Assembly (NCBI GenBank): GCA_003344405.1
Contig: NOWV01000024.1
Coordinates: 620,001 to 684,000 of the forward strand
Origin: Trichoplax sp. H2
Lineage: Eukaryota
Reading direction: 5' to 3'
Length of the DNA stretch: 64,000 nucleotides
Translations under genes and position numbers: made by a program
Shown: in pieces, positions 1 through 12,900 of the stretch
Layout of the letters: each line of letters opens with the position of its first letter
How positions within the stretch are numbered: position 1 is the first letter of the stretch
Notes under the pieces: model-generated
Told to the model about the DNA's origin: nothing
Database searches by the model: none
Seen by the model: only the letters and a program-made list of their open reading frames with translations

Positions 1-66
1 TCATCAAATGATTCCTTTGTTCGATGGTAGAAGTACAACTTGAGTCGTTTCTAAAATTGTATTTAG

Positions 67-3000
67 GTACACGTTTTATGATGGACCACCATTTGCTACT
101 GGCCTACCTCATTATGGTCATATCTTAGCCGGAACCATTAAGGTGAGCAGATAGTACGCATGCAGTACTATAGATTTTGCCTAGTTTTACATTCAGCAGT
201 ATTTTTCCAGCTAAATAAAGCTTTTGTTGTCAACGTCAGATGACAGAAGATGCAGTCAATACTTTCGATATCACTATCATGGCCTACACGTTGATTTGAT
301 ACGAGTATGATAACGTTATCATAAATGTGTACTAATAGAATGCTTTACATTCGCTTTGATCTTATAGTAGTATCGTGTAATAGTAGACAGCATTACAATA
401 TAAAATGGTCAAATAGATTGGAGATGGAGAAATAAATTAGTCTATATTCAATAGCAGTAACAATCAACTGCAATTTAGAATGATATCTAAATCAATTAGG
501 ATATTGTTACGAGATACGCTCATCAAAGTGGCTTCCATGTCATACGAAGATTTGGTTGGGATTGTCATGGTTTGCCAATTGTAAGTCATTGAAATCAACT
601 ATCCTGAAGAATAACTCACAATGTTGAATCAATTAATCCTAACTGATGGGTATAGAATTTGCATTCAATAACCAATTTTTCTATATTGATCCATTGATAC
701 TTAGGAATACGAAATAGATAAACAGCTTGGAATCAAGGTTAGAAATGAAATGAGAGATACAAGCGAAAATTATCGACTATGAGTAGTAATTACATAAAGC
801 AGTATACCGTAGTCAAAACTAACAGTGATAACATTTTCAGGGGCCGGATGATGTTGCAAAAATGGGCATTAAAGCTTACAATGATGAGTGTCGTAAAATT
901 GTCATGAGATATTCTAGCGAATGGCAGGTAATTATTGCATCTATCTCATAAATAAATATATATCATTGATAACGAATAAATAAGAGTTGATTGTCTTCAC
1001 TAAATGTTTTTAGTAGTAACTCGTATAGTGTACATCGATATATATATGAGTATATCAGTTAGTTGACATCATGTTTTATGCCTTAAAACGCTATATAGAC
1101 TATTGTTACTCGACTTGGTCGTTGGATTGATTTTGACCACGATTATAAGACATTATATCCATGGTATATGGAATCGATATGGTGGGTATTTAAACAGATA
1201 TATTCGAAAGGCCTTGTATATCATGGTTACAAGGTTATGCCATTTTCTACGGCTTGTAATACTCCATTATCCAATTTTGAGTCCGGACAAAATTACAAAG
1301 ATGTGAATGATCCTGCAGGTTTGTTCTAACGGATATCATATTGAAACCATTATAATTATCAAGGAGCAGTGAATTTCCTCCACAGATGTGCTATTCTTAC
1401 GCTACATATATCATTCGAATACAAATGAAACTCACATAATGCATTCTTCCACCATAGTTATTGTCTCGTTCCCTCTTGATGAAGATCCTAATATCAGGAT
1501 AATTGCTTGGACAACCACGCCATGGACGTTGCCGAGCAATTTGGCGTTGTGTGTTAACGCAAAATTGGACTACGTGAAAATACGTGATAATGCTACAGAA
1601 AATGTATACATTATGATGGAAGCAAGATTGGGTACATTATACAAAACCGATAAGGAATATACTATATTAGATAGGTATGTCTATTGTGTTTTGTTCAATA
1701 TTTTAAACTGTATTTGAAGATGCCATGTTATGTATAGTGGTCGTTCACAGCGTGTTGTTAGTCACTTTTTATTTTGTTCTCTGATCAAGGTTCACTGGAG
1801 ATGCCCTGCAAGGTAAAACCTATAAGCCGCTATTCCCTTACTTCGAATCGGTAATTACAATTTTTTATTATCATAGCAATAGGTTGGTAGAACGTTTAAA
1901 ACCGTCATAAATTGTTAATGCCAAAGTATATTATAATTTGATTTATTGTGTCATTATTCAGATGAAAGAACAGGGCGCTTTTGTCATATATTGCGATGAT
2001 TATGTTACTGACGATAGCGGAACTGGAGTTGTTCATCAAGCTCCATTCTTTGGCGAGGTTAGAATAATGTTGCATATCTTAATTGCGAAACAATTTCTAA
2101 TTTTTATCTATCAATGTTACTTAATTACATTAAATCTTATCCTCACAGGACGATTATCGAGCAGCGATGAATTTTGGCGTTATCAAGAAAGGTGGTAAAG
2201 TTGTTTGCCCCGTTGATCCTAGCGGAAAATTTACTGATGAAGTACCAGATTTTCAAGGATTACATGTTAAGGTATTAGATATTAACCTAAGAAAGATAAA
2301 CTGAATGGAAGTTTTTGCATAACAGAACACACATCATAAGTAGCTTTTACTTGTATCTTGACAGGATGCTGATAAATTGATAATCAAAAAGCTAAAAGAG
2401 CTTGGTCGCTTAGTTCACCAGAGTGTTTGTAAGCATAGTTATCCCTTCTGCTGGAGGTCAGTGGACATCGCTTTTTTAGGACTATTTGTCAAGACAAGCA
2501 ATCATTTTCTTCCGTTGACATTTGTCAATTCTGTAACGCATTTTATATCTAATACTACCAATAGGTCTGATACACCGCTGATTTATAAAGCTGTACCAAG
2601 TTGGTTTATTAGAGTCGAAGATATTATTGATGGTTTATTGAAAAACAATGCTAAATGTTATTGGTATGGGTATAAACTGTTGCTGTTTTGGTTACAAACA
2701 GTTGGTCGCTATTTAGTCTCAAACGTATTGAAACAATAAAGGGATAATACTAATTATAGAACGGATCACATATTTATATTATAGGGTACCAGAATTTGTG
2801 AAAGAAAAGAGATTCTATAATTGGCTTAAAGGTGCGTGTGACTGGAATTTTTCTCGTAATCGTTATTGGGGAACGCCGATTCCATTATGGGTCAGTGAAG
2901 ATATGCAAGAGGTAGGCGATATCATGACACTTCCACAATTGATCTTTTTTCGACATTACTTTTACCGGGGATTTCCTTTAGCATCAGCTACAATTTATTA

Positions 3001-6000
3001 TATACTTTTTTATTAGGTCGTTTGTGTGGGGTCTATCGACGAATTAGAAAAGCTTTCTGGTGTCCGCCTTACAGACTTGCATAGAGAAAAGTTAGTTATT
3101 TTGATCATTTATACTAATAGTATTAGCATTAATTTCACTTAATTGATCACTTTATCATCTAGCGTTGATAAGGTCACCATACCTTCTAAAACCGGTAAAG
3201 GTGTCTTACGACGGATTACTGAAGTATTCGATTGTTGGTTTGAAAGTGGAAGGTAAGATATTCTTTCATTTACTACCGGTATTAATCACTGTTTCTTATG
3301 ATATTTATTTTTATATATATATGTATACTAATCGATTATTAAAATTACCTATTCAGTATGCCATACGCTCAAAATCACTATCCTTTCGAAAATAAAGAGG
3401 ACTTTGAATCTTGCTTTCCTGCTGACTTTATCGCTGAAGGAATTGATCAGACTCGGGGCTGGTTTGTTATTAAATTACGTATGAAATATGATTCTCTTAC
3501 TTGAGGTCAGATTAACAATTTCTGCTACAATTTAGGTTTTATACATTGCTCGTCATATCGGTTGCTATGTTTGATAAGCCGCCTTACAAAAACTTGATTG
3601 TCAACGGGCTTGTTCTCGCTGCGTATGTATATATATTACATTAAAAACATTGGATTTGATTTTGTAATTTTATTTCGCTGTTATTGGATTCATATAGATC
3701 CTAACTGTCTTGTTATAATCGATTTAGGGATGGCCGTAAAATGAGCAAACGGCTAAAGAATTATCCCAATCCTGAAATAATTGTGTCTAATTATGGAGCT
3801 GACGCATTACGGTTATTGATACTTTCATGTGTTGAAATAGTATTCTCTTTCGTCGTAAATTAACCAATTTTCCTTTAATGATCTTATTGTAGCCTGTACC
3901 TGATTAATTCTCCAGTTGTAAGAGGAGAAACACTTAAATTTCAAGAACGTGGTGTCAAAGATATTATCAAGGATGTTTTCTTGCCTTGGTTAAATGCATT
4001 TAGATTCTTAAGTCAAAACATTAAGCATTGGGAACAAGTATGTCAACTTGTCAAAATAACACGTATAGATTCAATGCATATGGATTTGATACATACGTAA
4101 ATAATACTGTCAATAAATTGACATACATACTTCATATTGTTTGACTTGTTAAGACCAACGGTGGCAAGTTTGTATTCAATGAAAATACATTCAGTGGTTC
4201 GGAAAATTCGAAAGATAAATGGATATTATCTTTCACACAATCCTTAAATCAATTTGTTCGAAAAGAAATGGAAGGTAACTTTTAAAACATGTTAACGGCA
4301 TGACCTTATTAATTATATGGATGGCTAAATGATCGTTGTTATGTTATATCAAAGCATATAGGCTTTATACTGTTATACCGCGTTTGGTAAGATATTTTGA
4401 TCAATTAACAAACTGGTACATCCGATTCAACCGAAAGAGAATCAAGGTAAGCCAAATTGTATTATACTTGGGTATTTGTCGTTGATGATAGTATGCAACC
4501 TGTAAATTAAATTTTTATCAGGGTGAGGCCGACCAAAGCAGCTGTCATTCCGCTCTCCAGACTTTGTATTCAGTTATTTATACCATCAACAGATTAATGG
4601 TAAGATTCCAATGTATAAGCATGAATCGAATTGATAGCGTTATTCTGAAATATTGTCATTAACCTGCAGGCATCCTTTACTCCCTTTTTTACCGAACACA
4701 TACATCAAAATATGAGGCAATGGCTTGCCGTTGAGTCCATAAAGGATATCAACACCGATTCTGTTCACTTTTTAATGATACCTCAAGTCAAAGAAAGTCT
4801 CATCGATCATGAAATTGAAAGATCCGTTGCTAGGATGCAGGCTGTAATTGAATTGGGTCGTGTCATTCGCGATAGAAAGGCTCTACCGATAAAAGTATAT
4901 CAGCGATTATTTATTTTGCTTTTAAAATTACTGAAATAGGATTGATTTGAGATTGGAAGTTAATCATACCTTTTATTTTCGTAGTACCCTTTGCCAGAGT
5001 TAATTGTTATACATAAAGAAAAACAGTACTTGAATGACGTTCTGTCCCTCCAAGATTATATTCTCGAGGTTGACTTCTTTACCTAGTTTATTGATGTGTA
5101 TTTTTAAGTATGACTGTTACGCTAACGAGACTGATGATAAAATGTGACAGGAACTGAATGTGAGGGACTTGGTGTTGTCTTCGGAGAAAGAAAAATATGG
5201 TATCCGACTCCGTGCTGAACCTGATAATCAACTTCTTGGTAAAAGATTAAAAGGGTCCTTTAAAACAGTGTCAGCAGCTATAAAAGGTTAGCTTAACTTG
5301 ACCTGTTGCTGATATTTTACTATTTTATTAGTATTATAGAGACATGGCGAGTAATTTTCTGTTTGAATAATATAGAGTTAAAAGACCATGACATTGCTGA
5401 GTTACAAGAGAAAGGCGAATTGGTTGTTAATGGACATACTGTTACCATTGATGAGATTAAGGTATTATCCTGTACTATGCAATTTTGTTATTATTTTACA
5501 AATATCACTTGTTATAGCTGATATTACCGTAATCGACATGCTTGCGTTATTAGATCGCGTATACCGTAGACAAGGAGCACAAGATAGATGAGACAGCGTA
5601 TGAGGCCCATTCAGATAATGATGTAAGGGTTACAAATATTAAGTTATACGTATTTTCCTTTGTGACTGAATTATGATCCTCATTAGGTCCTAGTGTTGAT
5701 CAATGTTACACCAGATGAAACAATGTTAAACGAAGGTTTTGCTAGAGAAGTTGTAAATCGTATCCAAAAGCTTAGAAAAAAGGTGATCGCTTTCTTCTAA
5801 ATTCTTGTTTCTCGATATCTGTATATTGACAATAATGCTGAAATATGATAACCATAACAGGCTGGATTACAACCTTCAAATGACGTAACAGTGTTTTATG
5901 AAACACCAAAGTCCAATGAAGAAAACCAAAGCTTCTTAAAAGTCATTACTGAATACAAAAATTATATTGAAAATGCCATCAAACAGCCTGTAACACATGG

Positions 6001-6179
6001 CTTTGCTCGATCTGATGATAATATAATAATTCAGGATACTGAAGTCAAGGTATGAATGGATGAAAGGAATGCTAATGGTTTCCAGTTGTATGTGTTGTAA
6101 ACTAACCATTTTGATTTTATTTACGTAGATAAAGAATTATACCATTCAATTACAAGTTGTTAAAGGTCATACGAATTAA
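67..6179 (+). CDS. IARS1: Cytoplasmic isoleucyl-tRNA synthetase, multi-exon (roughly 30 short exons), 5' end outside window
   Basis: Spliced translation gives [25 protein letters not shown] (HIGH motif, exon 67-142), [22 protein letters not shown] and GTGVVHQAP (CP1 editing domain), [28 protein letters not shown] (~3738-3752) and [21 protein letters not shown] introns are in consistent phase where checked. Last exon 6129-6179 ends [16 protein letters not shown]. Confidence 0.97.
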
Positions 6180-6971
6180 TCTACGTATCATGTACTCGAA
6201 GAACGTTGATTGTCCTGGCGTTTAAACAGTATTAACATTTAATTAATTGTTAGCAGTATCATTTTTCCTGTACCACTGTATACTTTTGTTTTATCTATAT
6301 TTCACAACTGATAATGGCAATTTCTTCTTATTTGAAAATAGCTATTCTATTTTTTTGTGGCTTTGATGGCACAGGAATCAATCTATAAACTTACTAAAAT
6401 GATTTATTACTATCATGGTGATAATACAATGCGTTTTATATTTGCTCCAGCTCTCGGAAATACTACCCGTAACTCACGTTGTAATCGTTTAGTTTACTTG
6501 TTAGAGATGATGATGTAGTTGTATTATTATGATATAATTATGAAATTTGATTATAGGGAATTGATGAAAGGGAGATAGATTTTCATCTTATTGAAATCGT
6601 AATTTAGGCCAATAAAATATGATTACTATATTACATGCTGGTTAGCTGATTATTGATCAATTATATTATCGTCCTATAATCTTTAGTACGCGTAACAAAT
6701 CAGATTACAGAATCATTTTCGAATTAGGTTGTGATTTGTATTTATTGAAAACTGAAGGTCAGTTAAAATTTTACAGTACATTTTTAAAGAGCTGGAATCA
6801 AAATGATACAAAACAAGGATAACTTTATTCCTAGCTTATAGCAAAAAAGTAATTATTTAATATTTGCTCGCAGTACATTTGTCATTTTCAAAATTAATTT
6901 CTTCATGAAAGCAAATAGTTTGCAATTAAAGGTACTTTCGAAATTGATCGGTCATTTGACGTAGGATGCTT

Positions 6972-9900
6972 TTATTCAGGCAGTGGGAATTCAGGTGCAT
7001 CTTCCAAGGCGGATAAATCAGTATCTATACTTTGTCTTAATATTAGCATAGCTACCGTATGCAAGTTATTAACTGTCCTTCGAACTTCACGCAGATTTTG
7101 GATAGCCTAAAAATACAAATTTGATAAATCTTAGTGACTACTATCTGAATTGTCATGATTAACTATTAGCCAATGGCCATTGCTACAACTAAACTAGGAA
7201 CATTTTGAGCTCGTAATCCTAGTATAATGAATAGTTATTGCTAGGTTCTTGGGGAAATATTAATTTAAAACATCAGATATGTATGTATTGCCTATTTAGT
7301 TTATCTTCTAGATACATATCGTAATAAATTATGTAGAGTTTTGTAACGAACTATAAGGAGACCGTTTATTTTATTTATGTTATATATTGTTATGGCCAAT
7401 AACAAACATGGTAACTAACATGATTCTAATAATGCCGTACAGCAATTAAGCTGCCATAGTATTTAATTTTCTGATATATGTGAACATGCATTAGGCGCTA
7501 TATGTGCAAAACTATCTCCAGAGGCTTCAATAGAAATTTTATAAAAACTGGCATTACCGATTTTATAACAAACCGGCAAAAATTATCCCTATTAATATCA
7601 AATTCTCCGTATCTTCGACAACTTACATGGTTATCTAGGGAATTCACCAACTGATTATAATTACTTTGTAGATCAGGCAAATGATGCAATGAAGCAGGAT
7701 CAATTTTTACTAAATGCTGTATTGTATGGATATATTGGTACAGTTTAATACCATATTGCTTAAGGTTATCCATATCTTTCGTAATCTGCAAAAAAAAATT
7801 ATAGGAAGAGCATTTTAGTCTCGAATGCCAAAAATTCTCATCACCATTGTATGTAAGCAACACATAAATTAACATTAAAATCCTGTCTAAATTAATTATT
7901 ATAATTACACAGTCGATTGCAATCAAGAATTTATTGACCTGTCACGCAGCTCTTTATATAAATCAGGAAAAAATGTATTATTATAATATGAAATATGTCG
8001 AGATTTTATACGTTTTAAGGCATGTGGTATCAAATTGAAATGCTTGGTTTTCTGTTTAGTATTTAATACTCTATTGAAGGCTAAAAGGATTACGGTACTT
8101 TGTAGTTAGTATTAATGAGAACAGTTAAGAAGCAGCTATTTCCGTTCAGATAGCCATCTAGGGTTAATATTAGCTAGATATCGCATGCATCAGTATTATT
8201 GTAGACATTGAGATCTTTAAAGTGATGCGAATATGAACATTAATTAAGAACATTTTTTAATTAACAATTATCGCTAACTGCAGGTTGTACCCTGCTAACA
8301 AAAAACTATAGGGCAATACTAGCTAGATATCTATGCCACTTATTTATATGTCTGTATAATCTAGAAATGTTGGATTTTGGTAAATACAAAGAGTCTACAG
8401 TAATGTTAAAAGAGGTGTTTGAAAACTAATTGACAATTTTTAATAGGTTTTAAGAGGAAGTACTTATATCTGTCTTGGCAATCAATGTAAGCAAGTAACA
8501 GCTGTAAAATACTATCAAGTATATGCAGACATTGTTCTACGAACTGCTCGATTTTATAAATTCGTGAACCGGAGGGATTTAAAAGAAATATGAGTATATT
8601 AAGAATCAATTAAGATACTTAACAATTAATTCTATTGGCGAGCTTGTCATTATCATTATCGCCAAAATAATGCGTCTGATTAATCGATATTAGCTAGACG
8701 AGACTATAATACACATTTGGAATTAAGAAATGAATGATCTAGATATTTTATAACGTAAGATCGGGCATATAATACAGACTTTTGGATTTTGATGAATTTA
8801 AAGTCCAAGGTATAAATTTTACATACCGTAGTTACAGTAAAGCGAAAAGTAAATTCTACCTCTTGTCATATTACGGCCATAAAATAGATCAAAGTGCTAG
8901 TGCATCTGATTAGTCAGTATTAGGCTATTAGCTAGACAAATCTACAAAGTATACTCTGAATTATATTCATCTAGATATTTTTGTAAAGTAGGTTCGATCG
9001 TGTCTTACGGGCTTTTAGATTTTAGACAATTTAAAAGTCTAAGGTACAATTTTAGCATATTACAGTAATAATAAAGCAAAGACGAAATTAAATTTACCCT
9101 TGCCATATTGCTATATATTACAGTGTATTACATCTTGATTGTGTAATAATAACTTGATACGTACATTTAAGCCATTTAGGCTATTCATCCACAATGTTCA
9201 TGATATGGTTGTGATATATTAATACTGTACTTGTTAAATATAGTAGGTTGCGAATATACAATGATTTCTTCTTACAGTACGTTGTCACCAATCTTATTTG
9301 GTTATGGCTACGATGGATTTGATAGCTTCTACATTCTACAATCTGTTCTATACTTAAAAACTTACTTTGTATAAGTATGGAATTAATTACTATGTTTAAT
9401 TACAATTTACACTTATGGATATTGCAATATGCAATATTTTACACTGTGAATGCAGACGACGCACGTCTACAAGCTGCCATATTTTCAATCAATAAATCAA
9501 TTATTGGTAGTCATTACAATTTACAGAGCTTTGCGTATTCTCAGCTCTTTGCTTCAGTGAATAATTTGGAGTAACCCGAATCTTATATACTGTTGATTGT
9601 ATTAGCTCAAGTTAGTTCATACACAACTCATGCTATGACCTTAAAACATACTAAAACGTTAATGTATATGATTAATCAAGATTAGGTAGACAAGTCTACA
9701 AAGCACATTCTAAATTAATAAATGAATGAAGTAGATATTTTTATAAAACAGGATCGGCCATATCATGCAGGATTTTAGATTTTGGTCAATTTCAATATCA
9801 AAGGTATAATGTTTTTTGTATACTGCAATAATAAAGGAGCAATTTGAATTAGCCGTCCATACTGTGACTTTAATTAAAATATACGTATACGAAAGTGTTT

Positions 9901-12900
9901 ATGTATCTGATTAATCAGTATTAGCTAGGCAAGTCTATAAAGAAATTTCTGAATCATATTAAATTAGATATTTTTATAAAGCAGGATCGGCCGTGTCCGA
10001 CGAGCGTTTAGATTTTTGTAAATTAAAAAATTTAAGATATTATGATCTTTTTTCATACTGTAGCAATAATAAACCAGAGAGCAAATTGAATTTGCCTTAC
10101 CATAATATAACCTTAAAATATATCTACTCGCAAGAGCAAGGGTTCGAAGGTGAAATGCAGACTGTAGCTAATGAAAAAAATCTAAGCAGCAACTACTATC
10201 CTATCTTAAATTATACGTACCTGGGCTTCATCGTAATCAACGTATTCATCAATGAAGAATTTCTTAGCCTCCTCCTGCTTGAATGGCATCATATGCATCT
10301 TTCGTTGTGCTTGTAATTTTAATTCTTCAATTAATTCTTGCTTTTTATTCTGTAACAATTCAATATCAGGACGATGATCAACACCCTGGTATTTGCTAGA
10401 TAATTCTAGTGTACTAGCTTTATGATCTTTTTCCGATATATTTGATAGCAGGACATCTTGACTTAATTTCATAGTAAGTTGAATTTGTTCATTTAACTCG
10501 TTCTTTAATCTATAATGGATCTTTTCTTGTTCATCTAATCCATTTTCTAAACGGAAATTTTTTTCCTTATACTTATTACATTGCTCCCTTTGCTCATCGG
10601 CGGCTTTCTTGAAATATTCCAATTCTTGTAATTTTTTATCAATGCTTTCCATTTCTGACTTGAATTCAAAGTCGTGATCTTGTCTAATACGTTTAGAATC
10701 TTCTAAAGCTGTTTCCAATTCCTGTATTCGGTTGGATTTTGCATCGATAAGTACCTAAATGATAGAATTAATTTCTTTCTTCATAGGCTTTCAGCATAGT
10801 TTATCGGTATTTACAAACATATAGATTCTAATTTTCATTTGCTATCTACTACGAATCTAAATACGAAATGAACATAATCCAATCGATGTAGGTTATTATA
10901 AATGAAAATGGATAGTTTTCTTCCATTTATTTTACAGAAACTTTATTAGTTGCTTGGAAATTGCCATTACAAGTTCTGAGATATTTTTAGATGAGATTCT
11001 GGCCGTTTCTACTTCAAGATCTATTAGAAACTAACCTGAAATTCCTTTATTTTCTGTTGATAGTTTTCCATCTCTAAAATTGTTGCTGCTGACTTTTGAA
11101 TCTCTTGCTTACTGTTATGAATTAAGATATATGTTACATCTTCATTAGAATTTATTTGCTACAGATTCATGAAATTCAACAATGTATCAGCTAAACTTCA
11201 TTAAGATATAATATAAACCGAAAGACTTACTTTTCACCAAAGTGATTGGAATTGGTTTGTTTCATCCGGGTTAATTCTTCTGTAAGTGCTTGAACTTGAG
11301 CTTGTAAACGATTAATGGTGGTTACTTGATTTGAATATTCCTGTTCTATCTTTTCCTTTTCAGCAGTAATGGATTTAACATTTGCCAATTTCTGTCACAT
11401 TAGAAATTATGTTTAAAATTTAAAATGGAATAAACGAATTGGATTTAGCAAGTACAGGAGAAAATGTGTTAAATATAAATAGCAAAGATTTTTCGAATAT
11501 GATGCAAATCGTATATAAAACTGGCATTTATGGCTTATTCACAGAAGCGGTAATATTATTATTTCTTAAGCATATTTTGATCAACAAGATTCTCCTTAAA
11601 TACTTATCTAGATCAAAAAGATGTGGAAAATGAATTCACTATGGACTGGATTAAAGAAGAATTAAATTTGGGGTATTTCTGCTAACCTCCTTAATCGTTG
11701 ATTCTAATTTAATAATTTCTTCGTCCTTTTCTTTCACCGTCATTTGCAAATGGTTTAACCGATATTGCACATTCAATTCTTCCGACTATTTGTGAATAGA
11801 TGGTGTTGTATAGGAGAAAACGAATTTTTATTACTCTTTAATTATCTGATTCTATGATTCATAGGAGAAATGCCTACTCCATTTACCGCTTTCTCAGGGC
11901 TAAAGGAAGGAGATGTATTCTCAACTAGGATAGGTTGTGGCTGTTGTACTTGATTTTCCTTTTCTATAACTTTGATCTTTGCTTGAACGGCTTCCAACTA
12001 CAGAAAGATGATCAGAAAAAGATTGTACAAACTTTAATTAATAGAGAAATTGATCAAGAAACATAATAAAAGCACTAGATGAATAATAAATATGTCAAGA
12101 TCAATGATTTAACTACTTTACAGGTAGAATAGGAATATCGAAAAATGGATAGGAGTAGAATCATTATACAATCTGCAGCGATGGCTGATGTTGATGCTAC
12201 TAAATTGAGTAGCATTATTACAAAACTAATCCATATTAAAGGATAGCAGAAACTAATATCCAGATAGCGCTGTCACATAGCAACTTACATCTGCTTGGAG
12301 TAAGGAATTTTCTTCCTTTTTCGATTTAATACTCTCTTGTAGAACTGTAATGTGCTGAGACAAGTTGGATTCTCGTACTGATAGCATTTCCAATTTAGCT
12401 TCTGCGCTTTGTAGAGCCGCTTGCTTTTGATTCAATTCTGCACGAGCTGCTTCCAGCTATAGTGATAAATGGAAAAATTATTAATTATAATTATTTAATT
12501 GGATTATGATTCTGAAAATGATTTCACAATTCTATTTTAATCTGTCCAAAAAGCTGGACAACTGCAAATACCAGATTCTCGGTTAAAACTTATATGGAGA
12601 TGATGTAGTCGAGATATTTTAACTTGATTTACCTTAGCTTTCATAAACTTTGAATGGCTTTTAAAAATTTCAACCTGCTTTTTATCATCACTAGGATCAT
12701 CTGACATATTGCTAGATTGGCTCTAGAAATAGGTAGTCAAGAGCGGTGGAATAAGTTGATTATCAATCTAACTAATGTCATGATCAACTACTAATGCGAC
12801 AGAACAAATTTTTCTGTACATGAACTGTTTCTACCTATAGAATTAGTTCAGAAAAAGTATAGAAGACATGAAAATTTTCCCAATTTGGCGTACATTAAAT

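Noticed and set aside
1103..1306. 67-aa ORF and similar short overlapping ORFs within IARS1
   Set aside because: These are alternative-frame reads of real IleRS exons (the true frame gives [14 protein letters not shown]...).
8406..8609. ORF in the ERC intron as a possible extra exon
   Set aside because: It has no convincing splice pair, and the flanking exons already join in phase at an ERC1-like junction.
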